Below are positions 1-8,497 of a stretch of 64,000 nucleotides of DNA, in pieces. The stretch comes from a virus (taxonomy: Duplodnaviria; Caudoviricetes), in the IMG/VR virus record IMGVR_UViG_3300020450_001133. One strand, given 5' to 3'. Both the position numbers and the translations under genes were made by a program. The notes beneath the pieces were generated by a model. The model ran no database searches. It was not told the DNA's origin and worked only from the letters and a program-made list of their open reading frames with translations. How positions within the stretch are numbered: the stretch's first letter is position 1; the number at the start of each line of letters is the position of its first letter.

Positions 1-883
1 TGAGATTATAAGTTTGTGCTGTACCACTATTTTGTGTTAAATTTAATGTAGTTGGTTGTGTTCCATATAAAGTTATAGTGGCATTGTGAGCACCATTACC
101 TTTCTGTACTCCGCTTATTTGACTGCCATCTTGATAACTTTTATAGTTTACAGTTTTATTTCCGTCATTAATTTGTTTCCACCATATATCATTGTTATCA
201 GCATATATCCATATATTTGCAGTATGACTACCTGGTGTATTAGTATTACCATTTGTTTGATATCCTGCAATAACATTATTGTCTCCATGATAGTCTAAAA
301 TAACTTTGTGACCGCCATGTTCAGCACCATCACCTTCATTAAATGTTGTGTCATTGATATTGTTAAGTCCAACACCTTGACCCCATCTCATAAGATTGTT
401 GTCTCCCCAAACGTGAAAACCTGCTTCTGAATATACACAATTATTATCTTCTGTACATTTTTGTTTTATGTAAATGTCATTGTCAACACCATCTACGTCA
501 CCACAAAATGTTGCGTTTGGACAATTCACTTTACCCCATGTGCTAGTAAATCCAGCAAAATTCTTTTGTCCTTCTTGTGAAATTTTAACTAAATTACCAT
601 CACCTGACACGGAAAATTCTACATCATTGTCTTCACCTAACTGCCCAATCCACATTGTTAAATTATCAACATTACCATATGTTAATCCTAAATCTAAATC
701 AATGTGTTGTCCTTTACCATCTTGTAAAATAGTTAATTCTAAGTTGTCACCTACTTGGTCAATATGAACGTGATTGTGTTCTTCTCCTCCCCAAGCATCG
801 TTGGCAATTAGTAGGCCCATACCTAAAAGTAAACCGCCTATTAACCAGTTACCAATCCTATTATTTAATTTTGACTCTTTCAT
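1..883 (-). CDS. Curlin-repeat-like secreted protein, 3' end outside the window (absent from the ORF track)
   Basis: Hand translation from ATG at 883, which overlaps the upstream stop as TAATG: MKESKLNNRIGNWLIGGLLLGMGLLIANDAWGGEEHNHVHIDQVGDNLELTILQDGKGQHID... The frame stays open to base 1. It has a signal-peptide-like N-terminus and repeated Q-x-G-x-x-N / GDNN motifs. Confidence 0.75.
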   Translation of the reverse strand, partial: MKESKLNNRIGNWLIGGLLLGMGLLIANDAWGGEEHNHVHIDQVGDNLELTILQDGKGQHIDLDLGLTYGNVDNLTMWIGQLGEDNDVEFSVSGDGNLVKISQEGQKNFAGFTSTWGKVNCPNATFCGDVDGVDNDIYIKQKCTEDNNCVYSEAGFHVWGDNNLMRWGQGVGLNNINDTTFNEGDGAEHGGHKVILDYHGDNNVIAGYQTNGNTNTPGSHTANIWIYADNNDIWWKQINDGNKTVNYKSYQDGSQISGVQKGNGAHNATITLYGTQPTTLNLTQNSGTAQTYNL

Positions 884-2085
884 TAATCTACCTGTATAAT
901 TGTAATAAATGTACCTTCGCAATCATTTAAACATATTGTGGCATCTTTTAAATTACTATCTTCTACAAATATTTGGGCACTATTACCTGAATTAATTCTA
1001 ACACTTACTGTATTTGTTACCTGTCTAAAAAAGAATAATTTACCATCTTCTAAGACTGTGTTAAATTGTGTTTCAGGGTCAAACCCTATTGCAGTACCTG
1101 TAATTTTATCTGCGGCTAATCTACCTTCAGATTCGCTACCACTTTCTGCTTTATCTTCTCCTACACTTACTTCTTCTATTTCTTCAAGTAAGTCTTGTAA
1201 AAAATCAACATCTAGAAAATTTATATCTAGTGTTGTAAATTCTAAATCTTCTGTTGTGTCTGCTAACACATCTGCTTCAATGGCATTAGCATCTAATCCA
1301 TCAAAGTCTAAAAGTCCAGCATCACCTTTTGCTTCTTCTTGTTGTTCCTCAACTGCTTCTTTAATTTCAGTTGGTTCACTTACAATAAACATGTTATCAA
1401 TCATGTCTAAATTCAAGTCCGCAAGTAAAACAGGATTTGTTGGAGCCTGTTCTAATGTACTAACCATAACAGCCTGAAAGGCTTCAGTTAATACTTGTTG
1501 ACCACCATCATTTGTAATTGTTATACTACCTGACGGTCTGCAACCTTCTTCTAACTTTACTGTATCTGTACAGCCTGAGTCTGGTAATAATATTACTAGA
1601 CTTCTTCCTAACTCATCAACAGTAGTTGTAAAGTCAGTACCCCTGATACCAATTGTGGCTGTAGGAGTTTGTACGACTATATTTTCCTTAGGTACCAATC
1701 CTAATCCACCAGTGGCAAAACGTGCCGTTCCTTGCACAAAATCTAATGCCATCCTGCTTTTACTTGGATCAGGATCGTACACATATTCATTAATAACCAT
1801 ATATGTGTGTTCAGTTAAACTTACCTGTGTATCATCGACAAATTTTAATTTTAAACGACCATTAATCGTTTCAACTTCGTCCATGCTCTGTATGTCTGTG
1901 TCTAGTTCTGCAATCAATTTTTCACCAGACGTTCTATTAATACTACCGGGTGAGCCAACTTGCTCAAATACTCCGCCGATACTTTCAATGGCACCGGCGG
2001 AAATACTATATGTTGCACTAAACAACAAAAATGCATATAAACAAACTTTAGTCAGTCTGTCTAATTGAAACTGAAGCATTTTCAC
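883..2085 (-). CDS. FecR-domain secreted protein with acidic linker
   Basis: N-terminal hydrophobic signal; FecR-like core (DTQVSLTEHT...FVQGTARF...VQTPTATIGIRGTDF); long D/E-rich segment. True start may be slightly downstream. Confidence 0.75.
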   Translation of the reverse strand: MKMLQFQLDRLTKVCLYAFLLFSATYSISAGAIESIGGVFEQVGSPGSINRTSGEKLIAELDTDIQSMDEVETINGRLKLKFVDDTQVSLTEHTYMVINEYVYDPDPSKSRMALDFVQGTARFATGGLGLVPKENIVVQTPTATIGIRGTDFTTTVDELGRSLVILLPDSGCTDTVKLEEGCRPSGSITITNDGGQQVLTEAFQAVMVSTLEQAPTNPVLLADLNLDMIDNMFIVSEPTEIKEAVEEQQEEAKGDAGLLDFDGLDANAIEADVLADTTEDLEFTTLDINFLDVDFLQDLLEEIEEVSVGEDKAESGSESEGRLAADKITGTAIGFDPETQFNTVLEDGKLFFFRQVTNTVSVRINSGNSAQIFVEDSNLKDATICLNDCEGTFITIIQVD

Positions 2086-2878
2086 TGTCTAAATCAACGT
2101 CTATTTTACCAGTACAGGCAGGAGTACACGATGCCGCATTACTTTGTAGGAATTGGAAATCACCATCTGAACCTACTAAAACAAATTTTAAGTAATGGTT
2201 AGAGTTACCTGTTTGGTTAGATGTGATAGCATTATCATCACCTGTGATATTCATTTCCCAAGTTGCGGAACCGGCGTCAACTTTTATACCACTTTGTGAA
2301 AAAGCGGATGTATTGTTCCAGTCAGAACCAGGAGTACCACTCCATGCTTTTGAGTTGGAAACAGCACTTCTAAAGTCGTTCCTGTCACCTAGTATTGTCA
2401 AATCCATATTAAGGTTGTCTGCGGCATAGTTACCACCAATATCTACATCAAAAATGTTAGTATCACCTTGAACATTCCAAAGCATATCAACATTATCTGC
2501 ACTACCAGTTGCACCTATGTTTAAATCTAATGAATTAGAATCTCCTAAAAAGTAGAAATCCCATACTGTTGATCCAGAACCGTCTCCAGTCCATGCACCA
2601 AATATTTCATTAGCATCACCGTCTTGAATGATATCAATAATCAAGTTAGATCCTGTAATAACTAAATCGCTACCATCAGAAGCATCACCTGATATTTTGT
2701 TACCAGCACCAGCCTGTAATATGGTCAAAGTTAAATTGTCCCCTTGTTGGTCTAATAAAACTTCGTTGTCGTCAGCACCTAAGGCAGGAGCAAATAATCC
2801 TACTGTTAGGCCCATAACTGCGAAGACATTGATTGCAAAATTCTTAAACAAATTTTTAGTCTTCATCCTTATCTCCAT
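2048..2878 (-). CDS. Curlin-repeat-like secreted protein (CsgA/CsgB-like candidate)
   Basis: Signal peptide, then about 7 imperfect repeats ending in (Q/L/T)-G-D-x-N (DQQGDNL, IIQDGDAN, FLGDSN, VQGDTN, ILGDRN, ITGDDN); lies directly downstream of csgG. Confidence 0.65.
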   Translation of the reverse strand: MEIRMKTKNLFKNFAINVFAVMGLTVGLFAPALGADDNEVLLDQQGDNLTLTILQAGAGNKISGDASDGSDLVITGSNLIIDIIQDGDANEIFGAWTGDGSGSTVWDFYFLGDSNSLDLNIGATGSADNVDMLWNVQGDTNIFDVDIGGNYAADNLNMDLTILGDRNDFRSAVSNSKAWSGTPGSDWNNTSAFSQSGIKVDAGSATWEMNITGDDNAITSNQTGNSNHYLKFVLVGSDGDFQFLQSNAASCTPACTGKIDVDLDSENASVSIRQTD

Positions 2879-3836
2879 TATTCTTTAGGAGCATTTTCTC
2901 CCAAAGTTTCTTATCGGCTTTAAGATCCTTTTCGTCAATGTCAACTTGCATCCATGTTGCGTTTTCACCTTCAACTAATTCTTGAACGTCCCAACCCTCA
3001 GGATATACAATTTTCCAATAACCTCTCTCATCGCCTTGTTGTATTAATGCCAATACTGCGGCTTCAATAGCCGAACGTACTGCCCATGTAACACTTTCGT
3101 TCTCTGTCATACCACTTTCTAACTCTAGAAGTTTTGTGTCCATATCTAAAAATCTAAACACATCGCCTCCAATACCTGTACTCAAAATGGTTTTGTATGT
3201 CTGTACGTTGAGTAACACTTCGCCAGTGAGTGTGCTTACGGCTCTCAGTGATACAACAACACTATCTCTTCGATATTGGTTTGTTGTCCCAATACCTAGA
3301 TATCTTGCACCATTACCTCCAGTTTCAACATTAGTGTCGTATCCAATGATACCACCTTCTAATATCATACCTGCAAACAATAGTGGTTGGACTCCTTCTG
3401 CTGGTTTTTCTTCAGTGGCAAACTGTTCACGAGTACTTCGAACAATTTGTCTTTCCCTCACAAGGTTGTCTAGTCCTAAACCTCTTTCTACAACTCTAAA
3501 CCACGTGCCTTTAGGATCATCCTTGGCACCTGCGGCTTTTAATGAGTCAATTAATAAATCTTTTGCACCCTGCGTAACTGCGGTGCTGAAACTTGCAACT
3601 CCGTCTGAACTCACTCTTTGTCCAGTTAAGTCATCAAATTTATAAACTGCAACCACTGGCATAACTTCTGCCGGTGGCAAATTTCTTAGTTTCTTATATG
3701 TTGGTAATTCTACGAATTTAGGCTCTTCGATACATTCCAATAATGATGTATTGCAGACTTTGTCGCCAGGTATGGAAATGCTGGCGCATCCGCTAATTAG
3801 CAAAGCAAATAATACTGCTATTATTCCATTTTTCAA
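2856..3836 (-). CDS. csgG: CsgG-family curli secretion channel lipoprotein
   Basis: TTG start and lipobox LISGC. CsgG motifs VAVYKFDDLTGQR, FSTAVTQGA, WFRVVERGLGLDNLVRERQIVR, LEGGIIGYDTN, GGNGARYLGIG, QYRRDSVVVSLRAVS. Confidence 0.93.
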   Translation of the reverse strand: MKNGIIAVLFALLISGCASISIPGDKVCNTSLLECIEEPKFVELPTYKKLRNLPPAEVMPVVAVYKFDDLTGQRVSSDGVASFSTAVTQGAKDLLIDSLKAAGAKDDPKGTWFRVVERGLGLDNLVRERQIVRSTREQFATEEKPAEGVQPLLFAGMILEGGIIGYDTNVETGGNGARYLGIGTTNQYRRDSVVVSLRAVSTLTGEVLLNVQTYKTILSTGIGGDVFRFLDMDTKLLELESGMTENESVTWAVRSAIEAAVLALIQQGDERGYWKIVYPEGWDVQELVEGENATWMQVDIDEKDLKADKKLWEKMLLKNNGDKDED

Positions 3837-3839
3837 CTT

Positions 3840-4340
3840 TTACCCGCCTAATGTTCCAATTCCGATAGGTATTTCTATTTCTGTTACTGTTCCATCTGCG
3901 TCTATAATAGTTAATTGAATATACTCAATTCCATCTATTGTAATTACCTGGTATGAGACGTTACTGTCTTCAATAGTAAATGCACCTTCGGTAGAATTGG
4001 TACAAGTTGGTACTTCTGCAGGATTACAAAACATACTATCTACTAATCCTTTAGAAATCTGACTGTAAATTCTGCTTTCCAAATTTCTAATAAACTTATT
4101 AATAGTGCTGTTTGATTCTGCTCTTTCAGCCGCTCTTAAAGCCGCTTCTATATCATCTCTAATTTTATCTTTTCTGCTCTTTTCTTGATTTTCAATTGTC
4201 AAATAATGAGCACCGGTTCCTATTCCACTAAAACTTGGGTTCTTAAACTTATGTGTTAGTTTGTCAGCGAAAACCGTTTGTGATGCAAAAAATGCCAACA
4301 TTACGCCAATTCCTAAAATTCTTCCTGTAATTTTATTCAT
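3840..4340 (-). CDS. csgF: CsgF-family curli assembly protein
   Basis: Signal peptide, then ADKLTHKFKNPSFSG (CsgF N-terminal F-x-N-P-x-F-x-G motif), FIRNLESRIYSQIS, and a C-terminal IIDADGTVTEIEIP; adjacent to csgG. Confidence 0.85.
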   Translation of the reverse strand: MNKITGRILGIGVMLAFFASQTVFADKLTHKFKNPSFSGIGTGAHYLTIENQEKSRKDKIRDDIEAALRAAERAESNSTINKFIRNLESRIYSQISKGLVDSMFCNPAEVPTCTNSTEGAFTIEDSNVSYQVITIDGIEYIQLTIIDADGTVTEIEIPIGIGTLGG

Positions 4341-4639
4341 TTTTTCTTTTTTATAGCCTCTTCTTTTTCAGCAAGGGCCTCCTTTTCCTCCGCGTCTTGG
4401 AGGACTTCTTGTCGTGCTCTATATTCTAGCACAACATCTACTTTTTGTTGCAAACGAATCAAGTCTTGATCCAACATTCTTGTTTGGTCTATGACTCTTA
4501 TAAGAGCCATATGCATTTTGCCTAATGCAGGTTTTATTTCTGTGTTAATGTATTTCCATACATAAAAAATGAAATATCCTAACCCTACACAGGCTACAAC
4601 TGGAAAGCCATATTGGGAAACTAATGCCGCAACGTCCAT
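4337..4639 (-). CDS. Small single-pass membrane protein, YvrJ-like
   Basis: GFPVVACVGLGYFIFYVW transmembrane segment followed by a heptad-rich helix; paralogous to the neighbouring gene; coupled by overlapping stop and start codons. Confidence 0.6.
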   Translation of the reverse strand: MDVAALVSQYGFPVVACVGLGYFIFYVWKYINTEIKPALGKMHMALIRVIDQTRMLDQDLIRLQQKVDVVLEYRARQEVLQDAEEKEALAEKEEAIKKKK

Positions 4640-4941
4640 TAATCTCTCCTAACGTCGAGTTTACCATCCTCAATAAAGTTTTCCGCTCTGGCAACTCGTT
4701 CTATATCAGGTCTTAATTCCAACGCACTACTGACTAACATATCGATTTTAATCATCTCGTTACTCATAGTTCTTGCTCTATTTTCTAAGGATTCGCAAAA
4801 CTTTGTCAAAGTTTGTACCTGACCGACGACGCCAGCCATTAGTTGTTTAATAATAATAAAGATAAATGCTCCCATTACCAATGCTCCGGCAATAGGGAAT
4901 CCTACCTCTGCTATTAATTGAAATACTTCGTTCATCTGCAC
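4639..4941 (-). CDS. Small single-pass membrane protein, YvrJ-like (first gene of the operon)
   Basis: EVGFPIAGALVMGAFIFIIIKQL transmembrane segment followed by a coiled-coil-like region. Confidence 0.6.
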   Translation of the reverse strand: MQMNEVFQLIAEVGFPIAGALVMGAFIFIIIKQLMAGVVGQVQTLTKFCESLENRARTMSNEMIKIDMLVSSALELRPDIERVARAENFIEDGKLDVRRD

Positions 4942-5021
4942 ACTCTGTCTTTTTATCTTTCATTTGTAGTGTGTACTTTTTGTGTTACTTCCTACAAATA
5001 GGATCTACAGTCCTACGCAGT

Positions 5022-5029
5022 TATTTATC
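5022..5029 (-). promoter_or_regulatory. Late-promoter motif GATAAATA upstream of the curli-like operon
   Basis: TATTTATC on the + strand; one base different from the T4 late consensus TATAAATA; the 15-mer GAAAAGTGATAAATA is identical to the one upstream of the portal gene. Confidence 0.7.
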
Positions 5030-5069
5030 ACTTTTCTTGGCAAAGATTTTGATATAGACTAATCTATTT

Positions 5070-5077
5070 GATAAATA
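5070..5077 (+). promoter_or_regulatory. Late-promoter motif GATAAATA, divergent, upstream of the small ORF 5191..5313
   Basis: Exact motif in the intergenic region. Confidence 0.5.
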
Positions 5078-5082
5078 AATGC

Positions 5083-5101
5083 TGTAACATGATTGTAACA
5101 T
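5083..5101. promoter_or_regulatory. Direct repeat TGTAACAT-N3-TGTAACAT (11-bp period)
   Basis: Two exact 8-mers at 5083-5090 and 5094-5101; the spacing matches OmpR/PhoB-family binding sites. Confidence 0.35.
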
Positions 5102-5190
5102 AACGTTGCAGAACATTTTTGTAGACCCCAATAGGGCTGATACAATAACAACGTATATGGGAAAATCGGTTACTTCAATCGGAGAAAAAA

Positions 5191-5313
5191 ATGGCGAAAT
5201 CCTTAGGAATAGTAGCCAATGCAACTCAACGTTTTGCTTTGGACTACTTTAAAAAATTTGATACGATGATGAAAGCCGGCTCTATAGATAGAGTTATTGC
5301 TGAATCATTTTAG
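5191..5313 (+). CDS. 40-aa small protein (below the ORF-track cutoff)
   Basis: GGAG ribosome-binding site at 5181-5184 and ATG at 5191; MAKSLGIVANATQRFALDYFKKFDTMMKAGSIDRVIAESF; stop lies just before a bidirectional terminator. Confidence 0.65.
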   Translation: MAKSLGIVANATQRFALDYFKKFDTMMKAGSIDRVIAESF

Positions 5314-5318
5314 CAGTC

Positions 5319-5348
5319 AAAAAAAAGCACCCGGAAGGGTGCTTTTTT
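5319..5348. terminator. Bidirectional intrinsic terminator
   Basis: A8-GCACCC-GGAA-GGGTGC-T6 between the convergent genes 5191..5313(+) and 5362..8394(-). Confidence 0.9.
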
Positions 5349-5361
5349 AAATTTGTTTTTA

Positions 5362-8300
5362 TTACATCATATTTACTAATACTTCAATAACACCTTCGCC
5401 ACTGTCTATCTCACCAATTGCTTTACCAATTATTCTTCCTGGACCTGCGTTATTGTCTGCTTTAGCATGACCTTTAACACTAGAAGCAACCATTAAGTCA
5501 CCCTTAGCAACTGGACCAACTACTTTACAAGGAACCCTTCCTGTTAAAGCAACATATTGTCCTTCTGCGTCTGCGTTCATCATGTATGCTGGATCTGTAC
5601 TAACAACTCCTGCGACTCTGTGGTCTAATTCTTCTTCACATGCTGTAACTTCTGCTTCGCCGCCAAATACAAGAACTGTACCTGCTTCGTATTCTGCATC
5701 ACTTTCGTATTTCTCAGCCAAATCCGCATATCTTGCCGCTGTTGCTGTACCTACAAAGAATGAAGCATGTACGTTAGCACTTGTTGTAACATTACCTGTC
5801 ATGTTTACCATTGAACCAGTGTATGCTGTTATTCTTGCATCTGCTCTACCATTTGTGTAATATAAGTTACTTGAACCTTCTGATAAGTTATCAGTGTCAA
5901 ATGCACCCATATTTACAGCAACGTCATCAGCATTTACAGTAATACCTGTACCTGCTCCAATGTTTAATGTAACTGCACCTGAAGTGCCGCCACCTGTTAA
6001 ACCTGATCCTGCTGTAACACCTTCAATGTCACCTGCGTCATTTGTGAAACTAATTACACCAGTTGAACTGTTATAACTTAGGTCTCCACTGGCACTAATT
6101 GCCGCTCTTGCTCTTGCAGTTGTGTGGAATAAGTTTGTTGATCCTTCAGTAATATCATCTGAATCTCCACTTAGTTCACTAAGTGCATCTGCTGTGTCAA
6201 CTTGTGCATCAACGTATGCTTTTACTGATTGCTGTGAAGGAACATGAGTTGCACTATTAGATGCCATATTATCTTCATCTTTAATAGCCGCTTGTACTCT
6301 TGCATCTGCTCTAGCATTTGTGTAGTATAAGTTACTTCCTTCTGAAAGGTCACCTGTATCTGCCGCCGCTAGTTTTGTATCAAATCTACCATCTGCTCTT
6401 GCGTTAGTAAAGTAAAGTGCATCGCCTTCATCTATATCAGTTGTTGTTAGTGCTTCTGAAATAACTATTGTGCCTGCACCGTCATTATAAGTTACACTTA
6501 AATTACCTGTAGCAGACATAATAGCACCAACTCTATCGTCTACTCTTTCGTTTGTAAAGTATAAGTTACTTGAACCTTCTGTAATTTCGTCTGTATTGTC
6601 TTTTGTTGCAAGTTGAGCCGCCACAAAAGCCTTAACTGATTGCTGTGATGGTACATGTGTAGCACTATCACTTGTCATATCATCTTCGTCTTTAATTGCG
6701 TTTGCAATTCTGGCATCTGCTCTTGCGTTAGTAAAGTAAAGGTTAGTTGAACCTTCTGCTAAATCATCTGTATCAGTTGCTAGTGGATAATATGTTGATC
6801 CATCGTTTGTGAATTGCCATACATCTGAAGTTTCGTTCCATTGTAAAAATACATCTGAACTACTTCCTCTGTTTACTTGTAAACCTGCATTCTCACTTGG
6901 AGTACCACTGGCATCTCTGTTCAATTCAATAATATTGTCTGCCAAACTTGCTGTTGTTGTATTAATAATGGTTTGTGTACCATTAACTGTTAAATTTCCT
7001 GTAACGACAACGTCATTACTAAATGTTTTATCTCCGCCAACAGTTTGTGCTCCTGAAGTTACAACAACTGTACTGTCTACAGAAAGTGCTCCACTTGATG
7101 CACTTAAACCAGTACCAGCAAATGCTGTTGCCAAGTCTGCTATGCTTTCTTTTTTGGAACTGTTGTCACTAGCATCAATAATTGCTATGCTGTCTGCACT
7201 TACATCTACTGTCGCGGCTGATAATTCGTTAAGGTCTAGTGCTAATGAAACTGCACCACTTGAACCACCACCTGAAAGTCCATCGCCGGCTGTAACACTT
7301 TCTATGTCACCTGCGTCATTTGTAAATGATATTACACCAGTTGATGAATTATAACTTAAATCTCCACCGGCACTAATTGCCGCTCTGGCTCTTGCAGTTG
7401 TGTGGAATAAGTTTGTTGAGCCTTCTGTGATATCATCTGAATCACCACTTAATTCGCTTAATGCATCTTTTGTGGCTACTTGGGCATCAACGTATGCCTT
7501 TGATGCCGCATCTTGTGCCGCAACTGGATCTGTTACGTTGTTAATATGATTACTGTTCAAGTTGATGTTTGACCCCATTGTCAAACCACCTGTACCTGTT
7601 AATACTTGTCCACTATCTACTGTAATACCTGATTGTAAATTAATTACACCAGTACCACTTGCGTTTAATTCTATGTCACCTGAACCTGAAGTAACAATTC
7701 CTACGTTTTGGTTTGCGTTTGCACTAAATTGGATAGTACCTGAACTGTCACTTAATACTTGTTGTCCATTAACGTATAATGATCCTGGACCAATATATAC
7801 GTCTTTCCATACACTTGTTGCACTACCTAGTGAATGTGTATTGTTAGCCGCTGGTTCTAAGTTTGCTCCGAAACCTGTTCCACCTGCTGTTTTATCAAAA
7901 AATGCATCGTTTACTGCTAAACTAACTGCACCTGAACTACCACCGCCGGATAAACCATTACCTGCTGTAACGGCACTAATGTCACCTGTTTCTGAAATGC
8001 TTAATTGTCCTGAACTTGCTGATAAACCTGATCCTGCTATTGCACTTACAAAGTCTGCAATAGACTCTTTCTTACTTGAATTATCTCCTGCATCGATAAT
8101 TGCTATGCTGTCTGCATCTACGGCTACTGTTGCCGCTGTTAATTCGTTTAAGTCTAAGGCTAAACTAACTGCTCCAGAAGTACCTCCGCCGGATAGTCCA
8201 TCACCTGCTGTTACACCTGTAATGTCTCCTGCTTCTAATTCTGAAAATTTCGCTAGCCTGTGTCCACCTGCTGTTGAACCATCGTGGACTCTTATGGTAT

Positions 8301-8394
8301 CTAAATCTGTATCAACGGTAATCTCACCTACTAGTCCTGTGAATGAACTGTGTTGGCTAGTTGTACCTCTTCTCCATTGGATTGCTGTTGCCAT
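5362..8394 (-). CDS. Virion fibre/adhesin with Mtd_N-like N-terminus and C-terminal intramolecular chaperone (peptidase G2-like) domain
   Basis: N-terminus AIQWRRGTTSQHSSFTGLVGEITVDTD; many internal repeats (VTAGxGLSGGGxSG, DLxEGSxNLYxTxARA); C-terminus ARYADLAEKY...GVVSTDPAYMMN...VALTGRVPCKV. Confidence 0.8.
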   Translation of the reverse strand: MATAIQWRRGTTSQHSSFTGLVGEITVDTDLDTIRVHDGSTAGGHRLAKFSELEAGDITGVTAGDGLSGGGTSGAVSLALDLNELTAATVAVDADSIAIIDAGDNSSKKESIADFVSAIAGSGLSASSGQLSISETGDISAVTAGNGLSGGGSSGAVSLAVNDAFFDKTAGGTGFGANLEPAANNTHSLGSATSVWKDVYIGPGSLYVNGQQVLSDSSGTIQFSANANQNVGIVTSGSGDIELNASGTGVINLQSGITVDSGQVLTGTGGLTMGSNINLNSNHINNVTDPVAAQDAASKAYVDAQVATKDALSELSGDSDDITEGSTNLFHTTARARAAISAGGDLSYNSSTGVISFTNDAGDIESVTAGDGLSGGGSSGAVSLALDLNELSAATVDVSADSIAIIDASDNSSKKESIADLATAFAGTGLSASSGALSVDSTVVVTSGAQTVGGDKTFSNDVVVTGNLTVNGTQTIINTTTASLADNIIELNRDASGTPSENAGLQVNRGSSSDVFLQWNETSDVWQFTNDGSTYYPLATDTDDLAEGSTNLYFTNARADARIANAIKDEDDMTSDSATHVPSQQSVKAFVAAQLATKDNTDEITEGSSNLYFTNERVDDRVGAIMSATGNLSVTYNDGAGTIVISEALTTTDIDEGDALYFTNARADGRFDTKLAAADTGDLSEGSNLYYTNARADARVQAAIKDEDNMASNSATHVPSQQSVKAYVDAQVDTADALSELSGDSDDITEGSTNLFHTTARARAAISASGDLSYNSSTGVISFTNDAGDIEGVTAGSGLTGGGTSGAVTLNIGAGTGITVNADDVAVNMGAFDTDNLSEGSSNLYYTNGRADARITAYTGSMVNMTGNVTTSANVHASFFVGTATAARYADLAEKYESDAEYEAGTVLVFGGEAEVTACEEELDHRVAGVVSTDPAYMMNADAEGQYVALTGRVPCKVVGPVAKGDLMVASSVKGHAKADNNAGPGRIIGKAIGEIDSGEGVIEVLVNMM
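6022..7468 (-). repeat. Intragenic duplication of about 165 nt (about 6022-6190 and about 7301-7468)
   Basis: Both copies encode LSELSGDSDDITEGSTNLFHTTARARAAISA(S/G)GDLSYNSSTGVISFTNDAGDIE; related copies occur in the next gene at about 9090-9190 and 9390-9500. Boundaries approximate. Confidence 0.85.
7105..8225 (-). repeat. Second intragenic duplication (about 7105-7300 and about 8030-8225)
   Basis: Both copies encode VTAGDGLSGGGxSGAVSLALDLNELxAATVxVxADSIAIIDAxDNSSKKESIAD. Boundaries approximate. Confidence 0.8.
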
Positions 8395-8484
8395 TGTTGT
8401 CTCTTCCTATATAGTTTGTCTACATTTATTGTAGTCTATACTCACGTCTGAGCATAGTCAAAAGGATTACCTTTTATATAAGAG

Positions 8485-8492
8485 TATTTATC
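8485..8492 (-). promoter_or_regulatory. Late-promoter motif GATAAATA
   Basis: TATTTATC in the gap upstream of the 8394 start. Confidence 0.7.
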
Positions 8493-8497
8493 TAGAT

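Noticed and set aside
5021-5224. 67-aa minus-strand ORF in the intergenic region
   Set aside because: It runs across two promoter motifs and overlaps a better-supported + strand ORF that has an RBS and terminator.
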